Shown here piece after piece: positions 50,269 through 57,066 of a stretch of 64,000 nucleotides of DNA. The notes under the pieces were generated by a model. That model had not been told where the DNA came from. It searched no databases and saw only the letters and a program-made list of their open reading frames with translations. Position numbers and translations under genes: made by a program. The stretch spans positions 1,846 to 65,845 of the forward strand of contig DATLXP010000053.1 in the NCBI GenBank assembly GCA_035575695.1, in the 5' to 3' direction. Source of the DNA: Vicinamibacterales bacterium. Lineage in GTDB: Bacteria > Acidobacteriota > Vicinamibacteria > Vicinamibacterales > 2-12-FULL-66-21. Position 1 is the stretch's first letter. Each line of letters begins with the position of its first letter.

Positions 50269-50544
50269 CTAGAGCGTGAGCACGGCGATCGTCGCCCCCA
50301 GATGAGACGCCGGATCGTCGTGAAACGAGTGCACGAGGGTGTGTCGCTCGAGCGCCTGCTGAACAATCCCGCGCTGCACGCCGATCCCGCGGCCATGGAT
50401 GAGCCGCACCTCACGAAGTCCGGCCGCATGAGCTTCGTTGACGTACTCTTCGACGACCGATGAGATGTCCCGGGCCTGGAACGCGTGCAGGTCGAGCTCG
50501 CCTTCGATCGGGATCTGATGGGGCTCGGGCATGGGGCCAGCCAC
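50269..50544 (-). CDS. Smr domain protein
   Basis: 91 aa. ELDLHAF...VRLIHGRGIGVQRGIV Smr motif. Confidence 0.75.
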   Translation of the reverse strand: MAGPMPEPHQIPIEGELDLHAFQARDISSVVEEYVNEAHAAGLREVRLIHGRGIGVQRGIVQQALERHTLVHSFHDDPASHLGATIAVLTL

Positions 50545-50559
50545 TCCAGCTCCTGACCG

Positions 50560-50922
50560 CTAGCTCGTGGTGTCCGACGCCTGGTCATAGGTCGCCGTCA
50601 CCGCGGTGGCGATCCCGCCGCGCACCGAGAAATCACCGACAACCGTCATGCGCCTCGGCCGGCAGGCCGCGACGAGGTCATCGAGGATCTGGTTGGTGAC
50701 CGCCTCGTAGAAAATCCCCTGGTTACGGAACTCGTTGATGTAGAGCTTCAAGGCCTTGAGCTCGATGCACAGCTCGTCTGGCACGTAGGAGATCAGGATC
50801 TCGCCGAAGTCGGGAAGCCCTGTCTTGGGACAGACCGACGTAAACTCGGGGCAGCGGATTTCGATCTCGTAATCGCGGCCGGGCCTGGGGTTGGGGAAGG
50901 TCTCGACGGAGAATGGCGGCAT
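50560..50922 (-). CDS. queF: NADPH-dependent 7-cyano-7-deazaguanine (preQ0) reductase, type I
   Basis: 120 aa. [23 protein letters not shown] with the catalytic Cys, QueF motif E(L)KALKLY. Confidence 0.9.
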   Translation of the reverse strand: MPPFSVETFPNPRPGRDYEIEIRCPEFTSVCPKTGLPDFGEILISYVPDELCIELKALKLYINEFRNQGIFYEAVTNQILDDLVAACRPRRMTVVGDFSVRGGIATAVTATYDQASDTTS

Positions 50923-50929
50923 GCCGAAA

Positions 50930-50935
50930 ATTGTA
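50930..50935 (-). promoter_or_regulatory. -10-like hexamer placed for a leaderless queF transcript
   Basis: The minus strand reads TACAAT followed by 7 nt and then the ATG at 50922. No SD. Confidence 0.3.
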
Positions 50936-51103
50936 GCATTCGGGCCGTTTTCTGCTGTGTTTGCCTGCTGTCCGTCATTGACAGCGGAAAACGCAGCGCG
51001 CTAGGATACCGGCTGTTTCTCTTTCAAATTCTCCGCAGTTGCTGCACGCGCGCGCGGCTTCTGAGGCACACGGATCAGCGCGCCCTAGCAAGGGGAATAG
51101 CCG

Positions 51104-51418
51104 ATGGCAGAGGCCCGCAGGATGGGCAAATCCGAATTGTTCTCGCATTTCGCGGACCGCTTCGAAGTGAAGCGGACGCAGGCGCGGGAGTTTTTCGACG
51201 AACTGAACACGCTGGCGGAGAAAGAGCTGAAGCGGTCTGGCGAGTTCGTGATTCCGGGGATGGTGAAGCTGGTGGTTCAGAAGCGGAAGGCGCGCATGGG
51301 CCGCAATCCCGCTACGGGCGAGCAGATCAAGATCGCCGCGAAGACCGTCGTCAAGGCGCGGATCGCCAAGCAGCTGAAGGACGCCGTCCTTCCCAAGGCG
51401 CCAGCGGCGCCGAAGTAA
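51104..51418 (+). CDS. HU/IHF family DNA-binding protein
   Basis: 104 aa. GKSELFSHFA...FVIPGMVKLVVQKRKARMGRNPATGEQIKIAAK is the typical HU arm. Confidence 0.85.
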   Translation: MAEARRMGKSELFSHFADRFEVKRTQAREFFDELNTLAEKELKRSGEFVIPGMVKLVVQKRKARMGRNPATGEQIKIAAKTVVKARIAKQLKDAVLPKAPAAPK

Positions 51419-51462
51419 CCCGCCGTTCACGCGGCATCAGCCACCGTCCGGGCGACATGGAG

Positions 51463-51480
51463 AGGCCGGTTAGCCGGCCT
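51463..51480. terminator. hairpin between the convergent HU gene and the 76-aa ORF (candidate bidirectional terminator)
   Basis: AGGCCGG-TTAG-CCGGCCT, a 7-bp GC-rich stem. Only a weak T-tract follows. Confidence 0.35.
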
Positions 51481-51496
51481 GTCGCTTGTACGGGCG

Positions 51497-51727
51497 CTAC
51501 GCGGTCGCGAGCAGGCGGCTGTAGATCGTCGCCGGCGCCAGGCACTCGACGCGCGACTCGAGGCTCGTCATCGAATCGTCATCGATGATGATGCGGTCGA
51601 ATGCGCCGAGCATCACCTCGCAGCTGTAGCGGCGCGCCCCCCGCCCCGTGCGTTGCTCGAAGAACCGCAGCCCGTACTGCTGGCCATCCACTTCGATCTG
51701 CGCCGTTTTCACAAGCTTCAGAAACAT
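51497..51727 (-). CDS. hypothetical 76-aa protein at the 3' end of the kinase operon
   Basis: The ATG at 51727 is preceded by AAGGAG. MFLKLVKTAQIEVDGQQYGLRFFEQRTG... No recognisable domain. Confidence 0.4.
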   Translation of the reverse strand: MFLKLVKTAQIEVDGQQYGLRFFEQRTGRGARRYSCEVMLGAFDRIIIDDDSMTSLESRVECLAPATIYSRLLATA

Positions 51728-51776
51728 CGGTACTCCTTTTCGATCCTGCGTGCCGCGCTCGATCCTGCCATCCTCG

Positions 51777-53519
51777 TCATCCTGCGATCTGCACCAGCGC
51801 CGCGGCGTGGGCGCGTGGAAAATCGAGCACGAACGTCGTGCCCTTGCCGACCTCGCTCGCGACGCTGATGCGTCCGCCGAGTTGTTCCACAATTTTTTTC
51901 GAGATGGCGAGACCGAGGCCGAGGCCGCGCCGTTTGGTCGTCACGAAGTCGTCGAAGATGGCGGCGAGGCGGTCCTCCGGAATGCCGCACCCCGTGTCGT
52001 AGATCCGGAACTGCACCCTGTCTGCCGTGGCCTCGGTGGCCACGACCACGAGCCCTCCTGGCGCGGTTGCCTGGATGGCATTCAGGATCAGGTTCCGGTG
52101 CACGCGGCCGAGCGCAAAGAGATCCCCTTCGATGAACGCAGGCTCTCGGGTCAACTCCGCCCGCAGGGTGAGGCCCGCCGTTTCGGCCAGGGGGGTCATG
52201 GTCTCCACGGCCTCCGCCAGCGTCGCATTGGCGTCGATCGAGAAGTGTTCGAGCGGCATCGGACGTGCGATGTTGCGCAGGTCGTCGAGTACGCGCTTCA
52301 CGGTCGCCAGCTCGCGCTCGACGGTCTGGCGAAACGTCGCGCGGTACTCGGCATCGTCGAAGATCCGCTGGATCAGCTTGCAACTGTTCCCGATGGTCTG
52401 GATCGGGTGCGACAGGTCGTGCACCAGGCCGGCGGCGATGCGACCGAACATCGCCTGACGCTCCTGCTTGCGGATTTCCTCCTGCAGTTCCACTAGCCGG
52501 TCGGCCATGGTGTTGAAGGCGTCGCCCAGCTGTCGGATTTCATCCTTGCCACGCGGGTGGACCCGCGCGTCCATGTCGCCGGCCGCCAGCGCCCGCGTCA
52601 CGCGCGTTAGCGCGACGATGCGGCGGATGAAGGAGCGTCCCCAGAGCCATCCGGCGCCCACGGTGGCGAGCAGGGCCAAGCCGATCGCCACGACCAGCTG
52701 GCGCTCCAGCGCGAGGGCCACGCCGAGCGCCTCTTTGCGGGGGTGTTCGACGATGACCGTCCAGTCGGGGACGGTGATGCGCGCGGCAACCGCGAGCATG
52801 GCGCCGGCGGGCCCCTCGATCTCACCTGCGGACGTGCGTGACCCGTCAGATCGAAGCCGGCTCGCCAGTTTCTGCTCCGGCGTCTGCGTGGCCCCGGACG
52901 CGATCAGGCGCTTTTGATCCGCGCGTCCGTGCGCGACGATCCTGCCGGTCTCGTCGAGGAGGACCGCAAATCCCGTGTCGCCGACGCGGATCCTGTCGAC
53001 CGCACGCCACAGTTCCTCGAGCGAGATCTCCGCAACGATCCATCCCGGCGTGGCGCCCGAAATCTGGAGCGCCATGGTGGTGGTGGGTAATCCATCATCG
53101 TCGAGGCGCGGTTGCGCGATGTACAACCCGCCGGTTCCACCCGTTCGTGGGGACGGGACGGCGAGCCTGGGCGACGTGGCCCGGCTGGTGGCGAGCACCT
53201 GGCCACTCCGATCGAACAGGGTGATTTCCAGAAACTCCTTGTAGTCCAGCACGTGATTTCGAAGGGTCCGTTCCTGCTGCCAGGCAGCCAGCTGCGTTCC
53301 CTGCAGTTGAGAGGCGATCGACCCGAGGACCCGCTGGTTGTTCTGGAAATAGAGATGGATGCGGTCGGCGATCTCGGTCGCGACCGCCGCGTTCCCGGCT
53401 CCCACCGACTGCGTCGTGCCGCTCCTCAGTGATCGGACCGACACCACTCCATAGATGAGCAGCGGCGCGACAGCGGCCGTGGCGATCAGCACCACGAAGC
53501 GCCCGGTGATACCCCTCAC
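51777..53519 (-). CDS. sensor histidine kinase (periplasmic Cache-like domain, HAMP, HisKA, HATPase_c)
   Basis: 580 aa. Two TM segments flank a ~260-aa sensor domain. HAMP (ALAAGDMDARV), H-box GLVHDLSHPI, N/G boxes NLILNAIQA, YDTGCGIP, GLGLGLAISKKIV. The GTG start overlaps the SBP stop (GTGA). Confidence 0.85.
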   Translation of the reverse strand: MRGITGRFVVLIATAAVAPLLIYGVVSVRSLRSGTTQSVGAGNAAVATEIADRIHLYFQNNQRVLGSIASQLQGTQLAAWQQERTLRNHVLDYKEFLEITLFDRSGQVLATSRATSPRLAVPSPRTGGTGGLYIAQPRLDDDGLPTTTMALQISGATPGWIVAEISLEELWRAVDRIRVGDTGFAVLLDETGRIVAHGRADQKRLIASGATQTPEQKLASRLRSDGSRTSAGEIEGPAGAMLAVAARITVPDWTVIVEHPRKEALGVALALERQLVVAIGLALLATVGAGWLWGRSFIRRIVALTRVTRALAAGDMDARVHPRGKDEIRQLGDAFNTMADRLVELQEEIRKQERQAMFGRIAAGLVHDLSHPIQTIGNSCKLIQRIFDDAEYRATFRQTVERELATVKRVLDDLRNIARPMPLEHFSIDANATLAEAVETMTPLAETAGLTLRAELTREPAFIEGDLFALGRVHRNLILNAIQATAPGGLVVVATEATADRVQFRIYDTGCGIPEDRLAAIFDDFVTTKRRGLGLGLAISKKIVEQLGGRISVASEVGKGTTFVLDFPRAHAAALVQIAG

Positions 53520-55018
53520 TGCGGCTTACCCGCCACGGGCCGCCACTGCCAGATGCTGGCAAGTGGGTCCTGGCTGTTGAACTCGCCCACTGAGAACTGG
53601 CGGTCGATCGCCCGCGTGACCTGCGCCCAGGCGATGAAGATCGCGGGCGCATCCTCGTAGAACCTCTGCACGAGCGCCGCAATGGCCGACCGCGTGCGCC
53701 CATCGTCGGTGCTGCTCCGGAGGTCCTCGAGGAGTCGATCGACCCCAGGATAACCACGCACCAAACTCTCGGGTCGCTTCGTGTGCCAGAACCGGTACGT
53801 GTAATCCAGAGAGCGGCCAGCGTTGACTCGAATGAGCGCCGTGTCGAAATTGCCGGACTGGACACGCTGCGCGATCGTGGTCATGTCGGCGGGCGTCAGC
53901 ACCAGGTTGATGCCGACATCGAACAACTGCCGCTGCAGGATGAGCGCGATCCGTTCGTATTGCGCATCCTCGCTCCAGAAGAGGCACCTCAGCGTGAGGC
54001 GTGTTCGCGTACCGTCGCGGGCAGCGCTGCCCGGAAGGCGCAAGCCGGCAAGGTCGAGCCGGCGTCTCGCCCCCACCGGGTCGTACGCGTGACGCATGCC
54101 TGCCGAGGGATAAGCCCAGTGAAAAGGCCAGATCGGATCGTTGGCCACGCGGCCGTGGCCCCTCATCGCCGCATCCAGGATGGCATCTCGATCGACGGCT
54201 TCGTTCAGTGCCCGCCGAACATCACGGCGCGCCAGCGCCGGGTGGTGATGGTTGAAGAGAAGGGGGATGTAGTACGGCTGCAGCGAAGGATACGTCTGCA
54301 CATTGTGGCTGCTGTCAACGAACTCGACAGTTTCGCGGCTCACTTCCTGTACGGCGTCGACTTCGTCGCGCATCAGGCCGGCCCAGGCGCCTCGCTGGGT
54401 GTCGTACGGCACGATCGTGACGCCCGTCACACCGGGCGTACCGCCATGATAACGATCGAACACGACGGTTTGGAAAGCCGGCTCCTTTGCGGTGATCTTG
54501 AACGGCCCGGTGCCGATATCGGGGGCCTCGGGCCGAACGATTTTCAGGACCGTCAACTCCGGCAGCAGGAAGAAGTCGGGCCGTGACAGGGAAACGACGA
54601 TGCTCCGTGGATCGGGAGCCACGACGCCGGTCACATACTCGAAGCCCAGCGAGCTTGTGAGCCGCGAACGCCTGATGATGTCTGCCACCATCTCTGCGGT
54701 GAGCAGTGCTCCGTCGTGGAGCCGTACGTTCGGCTTCAACTGGAGCCGCAAGGTTTCCCCCCCGTCTTCCCACTGCCAACCGGAGACGAGGCCCGCGACC
54801 GCCCGGCCGTCGAGCCCTCGCGACACGAGCGACTCTGAAAACAGCAAGGCGCCCAGATTCGCGACGGCGTTCTCGCGGACGCTCGATCCGAGGCCGATGC
54901 CGATGCGAACCATGGGCGGCGGTGAAGCCGCTCCCGGGCTCGCATGACAGCTCGCCGACGCGAGGAGGCCCATCAGCGCGAGTGCGCACGTGCTCCCCCG
55001 ACAGGAAATTCGCGTCAT
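53516..55018 (-). CDS. family 5 (OppA/DppA/NikA-like) periplasmic solute-binding protein
   Basis: Signal peptide MTRISCRGSTCALALMGLLASASCHA from the ATG at 55018. SBP_bac_5-like blocks (GTGPFKI..., YHGG). No permease or ATPase genes are adjacent. Confidence 0.8.
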   Translation of the reverse strand: MTRISCRGSTCALALMGLLASASCHASPGAASPPPMVRIGIGLGSSVRENAVANLGALLFSESLVSRGLDGRAVAGLVSGWQWEDGGETLRLQLKPNVRLHDGALLTAEMVADIIRRSRLTSSLGFEYVTGVVAPDPRSIVVSLSRPDFFLLPELTVLKIVRPEAPDIGTGPFKITAKEPAFQTVVFDRYHGGTPGVTGVTIVPYDTQRGAWAGLMRDEVDAVQEVSRETVEFVDSSHNVQTYPSLQPYYIPLLFNHHHPALARRDVRRALNEAVDRDAILDAAMRGHGRVANDPIWPFHWAYPSAGMRHAYDPVGARRRLDLAGLRLPGSAARDGTRTRLTLRCLFWSEDAQYERIALILQRQLFDVGINLVLTPADMTTIAQRVQSGNFDTALIRVNAGRSLDYTYRFWHTKRPESLVRGYPGVDRLLEDLRSSTDDGRTRSAIAALVQRFYEDAPAIFIAWAQVTRAIDRQFSVGEFNSQDPLASIWQWRPVAGKPQ

Positions 55019-55027
55019 CGCCACGCA

Positions 55028-55041
55028 GCGGCCCGGGCCGC
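55028..55041 (-). terminator. GC palindrome directly after precursor peptide B (candidate attenuator hairpin)
   Basis: GCGGCCCGGGCCGC is a perfect 14-nt palindrome abutting the TAG of the peptide ORF, 10 nt before the SBP ATG. No U-tract. Confidence 0.25.
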
Positions 55042-55136
55042 TACTTCCTGCTTCCGAGCATGTCTTCGACGACAAAGGGACAGACTGCCGAGCTGCTCTT
55101 CTTCACTTCCGCCTTCTTGATGATCGTGATCTTCAT
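55041..55136 (-). CDS. 31-aa candidate RiPP precursor peptide B (not in the ORF track)
   Basis: Manual translation: MKITIIKKAEVKKSSSAVCPFVVEDMLGSRK. AGGAGA lies 5 nt upstream of the ATG. Gap-free alignment with the peptide at 55221..55316. Sits 2 genes downstream of the rSAM-SPASM gene. Confidence 0.5.
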   Translation of the reverse strand: MKITIIKKAEVKKSSSAVCPFVVEDMLGSRK

Positions 55137-55168
55137 GATTCTCTCCTGAAAGTTGACTGTCGTGCATT

Positions 55169-55224
55169 CCGATCGGCCGATTGGCCGATCGATCGATCGA
55201 TCGATGGACCGATAGATCGATTAC
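55169..55224. repeat. seven 8-bp units of the CGAT type between the two precursor-peptide ORFs
   Basis: ccgatcgg ccgattgg ccgatcga tcgatcga tcgatgga ccgataga tcgattac. It overlaps the stop codon of peptide A. Confidence 0.8.
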
Positions 55225-55316
55225 CTGAGGTGCTCGATCGCCACATCGACCAGCCAGGGCTTCAGCGTGCCGTTCTTCTTGGTCGTGCTCGCTTTCGTCG
55301 TGATCGTCTTGTTCAT
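55221..55316 (-). CDS. 31-aa candidate RiPP precursor peptide A (not in the ORF track)
   Basis: Manual translation: MNKTITTKASTTKKNGTLKPWLVDVAIEHLR. AGGAGA lies 5 nt upstream of the ATG, which is 22 nt downstream of the rSAM-SPASM stop. Confidence 0.5.
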   Translation of the reverse strand: MNKTITTKASTTKKNGTLKPWLVDVAIEHLR

Positions 55317-55338
55317 GCTCTTCTCCTGTGTTGAGGCT

Positions 55339-56796
55339 CTAGTTCGCCAGCGCAGCCGTCAGGCTGGCGGCGGCGTCGCGGGCCATGGATACGACGCCGG
55401 CTTCGAAACTTGTCTTGTGGCAGCTCGGGGCGTTCATGTCGCCGAGCTCCGTGTGTGACGCGACGGTGCAGCCACCGGCGCAGACGGGGATGAAGGCACA
55501 GCCTTCGCACGCCTTCCACGCGGCGAGTCGATCGAACCGCCCGGCTGCCGCCGACCGCAGCGCGTCGGTCGCCCCGCTGATGTCCCCGGTCGACATGGAA
55601 CGATTCCCGGTGAATCCGGGGCACGCGTAGAGATCTCCGTCGGGCCCAATCGTGTGGGAGTGCCTGCGGTGAATCTCGCACGGCCCCATGTGGACCCCAT
55701 CGCTCGTTCGGAATCCGCGCTTCTTCGTTTCGGCACGCAGGAAGGACGTCTGGTCGTCGAGGAAGTGACACGTGTCGCACCCGGCGGCGGCGCCCCCCCC
55801 GGCCGACGTCATGCACGTGCCATTGAGCGGTTTACTGTCGCCGCCGACTGGCGCCAGCCCGATGAACTTCGATCTCCCGGTCGCGGTGGTCGCGGCAGGG
55901 CTGGTCTTGCCCTCACGGATGATGGCCTTGAACGCGATGCTCTTGAGGTGGGGAGCGACGTCCTGCGCCGCGAGAAAGTCGATCAGCGCCGGGTAGGACT
56001 CGACCGACGACTCGTCGAAGTTGCCACCGATGGAGATCGCGCACCGGCCCGCGACTTGGCGCAGGTTGTGGATGATCCGGTCGAACGTGCCCTGCCCGCC
56101 GCGCAACGGCCGCATCCGGTTGTGCGTGTCGCGGTCCCCGTCGAGCGTGATCTTGAAGCCATTGAGGCCGAACGGTTCGAGCCGGTCGACGATGTCGGGG
56201 GTGAGCAGCAGGCCGTTGGTGATGACGTTGATCGACAGGCGCACACCCCGGGCGGCCGAGGCGTGCCAGAGCCGCTCCGCGAGGTAGTACATCACCGGCA
56301 GGTTGAGCAGCGGCTCTCCGCCGAAGAACGTCAGCACGAACTTCTCAGGTGAAATGGCATCCATCCGTGCCTCGGCCCACTCACCGACCCGCGCCGCCGT
56401 CGCCATCGTCATTTTCGCAGCGGTTTTGTTGTACTCCCCGTGATCACCCTGGAAGCAGTAGTCGCATGCGAAGTTGCACTGCAGCGTCGTCAGGACCGTG
56501 ATCCGCAGTTCGTCGTCTCCCTCGCGAACGTCGCGGAAGAAATTCTCGAGGCGCTGCCACTCGTCACGCCGGTCGCGGACCAGGAAGCCGTGTTCGGCGA
56601 GGGTTCGGATCGAGTCCTCCTCGTCCGGGCGGCGCGCGCCGTCGCCGGCGTCGACGTGACCGTCGATGCGATCAAGGAGCGACACCACGTCGTTCGAGAC
56701 GATCAGCTGGGCGTCGGTGAGGGTGTTCATGAGGAACACCTCGCCACCCGACGACTCGGCGAGAGGCACACGTACGTTGAACTGCGAAGACTGCAT
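55339..56796 (-). CDS. radical SAM / SPASM domain peptide-modifying enzyme with N-terminal PqqD/RRE-like region
   Basis: The likely start is the ATG at 56796 (AAGGAG upstream); the ORF track extends to 56922. CNFACDYCFQ (CX3CX2C) motif. C-terminal SPASM Cys pattern CPGF...CEGCAFIPVCAGGC. The N-terminal ~90 aa (FLMNTLTDAQLIVSNDVVSLLDRI...LAEHGFLV) look like a leader-recognition element. Confidence 0.85.
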   Translation of the reverse strand: MQSSQFNVRVPLAESSGGEVFLMNTLTDAQLIVSNDVVSLLDRIDGHVDAGDGARRPDEEDSIRTLAEHGFLVRDRRDEWQRLENFFRDVREGDDELRITVLTTLQCNFACDYCFQGDHGEYNKTAAKMTMATAARVGEWAEARMDAISPEKFVLTFFGGEPLLNLPVMYYLAERLWHASAARGVRLSINVITNGLLLTPDIVDRLEPFGLNGFKITLDGDRDTHNRMRPLRGGQGTFDRIIHNLRQVAGRCAISIGGNFDESSVESYPALIDFLAAQDVAPHLKSIAFKAIIREGKTSPAATTATGRSKFIGLAPVGGDSKPLNGTCMTSAGGGAAAGCDTCHFLDDQTSFLRAETKKRGFRTSDGVHMGPCEIHRRHSHTIGPDGDLYACPGFTGNRSMSTGDISGATDALRSAAAGRFDRLAAWKACEGCAFIPVCAGGCTVASHTELGDMNAPSCHKTSFEAGVVSMARDAAASLTAALAN

Positions 56797-56869
56797 CCGG
56801 GCTCCTTCGGAACTCGAAACCGCGTTGTGTTGTGAGGTGAGCCGCTCCAAGCGGGCATGCCTGAAACGG

Positions 56870-56885
56870 TGCAACGGATGTTCCG
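56870..56885 (-). promoter_or_regulatory. candidate sigma-54 promoter for the rSAM/peptide/SBP/kinase operon
   Basis: The minus strand reads CGGAACATCCGTTGCA. GG-N10-GC spacing is correct and the -12 element TTGCA is perfect; the -24 element matches 4 of 6. It lies about 75 nt upstream of the ATG at 56796. Confidence 0.4.
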
Positions 56886-57026
56886 GTGGTGAAGGAACTG
56901 TCGCTGAAGTCCCAACCGTCACTCTTCAGGGTAAATGCGCCTTCGTTTGCGCGAGTCTGACGTGACTCTTTCGTCAACGTTCGAAACACACAACCGCCGC
57001 ATGTCGAGGGTGTTTACGGATCAGCA

Positions 57027-57066
57027 GGCCAACTAATTGGCCGGACAGGCCAACTGGTTGGCCTGT
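57027..57066. promoter_or_regulatory. two palindromes sharing GGCCAA/TTGGCC half-sites: candidate enhancer (UAS) for the adjacent sigma-54 activator
   Basis: ACAGGCCAAC-TG-GTTGGCCTGT (57045..57066, a perfect 10-2-10 palindrome that overlaps the regulator's stop codon) and GGCCAA-CTAA-TTGGCC (57027..57042). They lie about 145-195 nt upstream of the candidate -24/-12 element. Confidence 0.35.

Noticed and set aside
50923-51103. preQ1 riboswitch upstream of queF
   Set aside because: I could not find the conserved preQ1-I/II stem-loop and A-rich tail. The -10-like box lies only 7 nt from the ATG, leaving no room for a leader.
56847-56862. Alternative sigma-54-like match AGGCATGCCCGCTTGG (minus strand) upstream of the rSAM gene
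   Set aside because: The GG to -12 spacing is off by one and the -12 box reads TTGG rather than TTGC. The CGGAAC-N5-TTGCA site at 56870..56885 fits better.
57045-57066. The 10-2-10 palindrome as a rho-independent terminator of the regulator gene
   Set aside because: No U-tract follows and the loop would be only 2-4 nt. The related second dyad next to it fits a protein-binding (enhancer) role better. A terminator function is not excluded.
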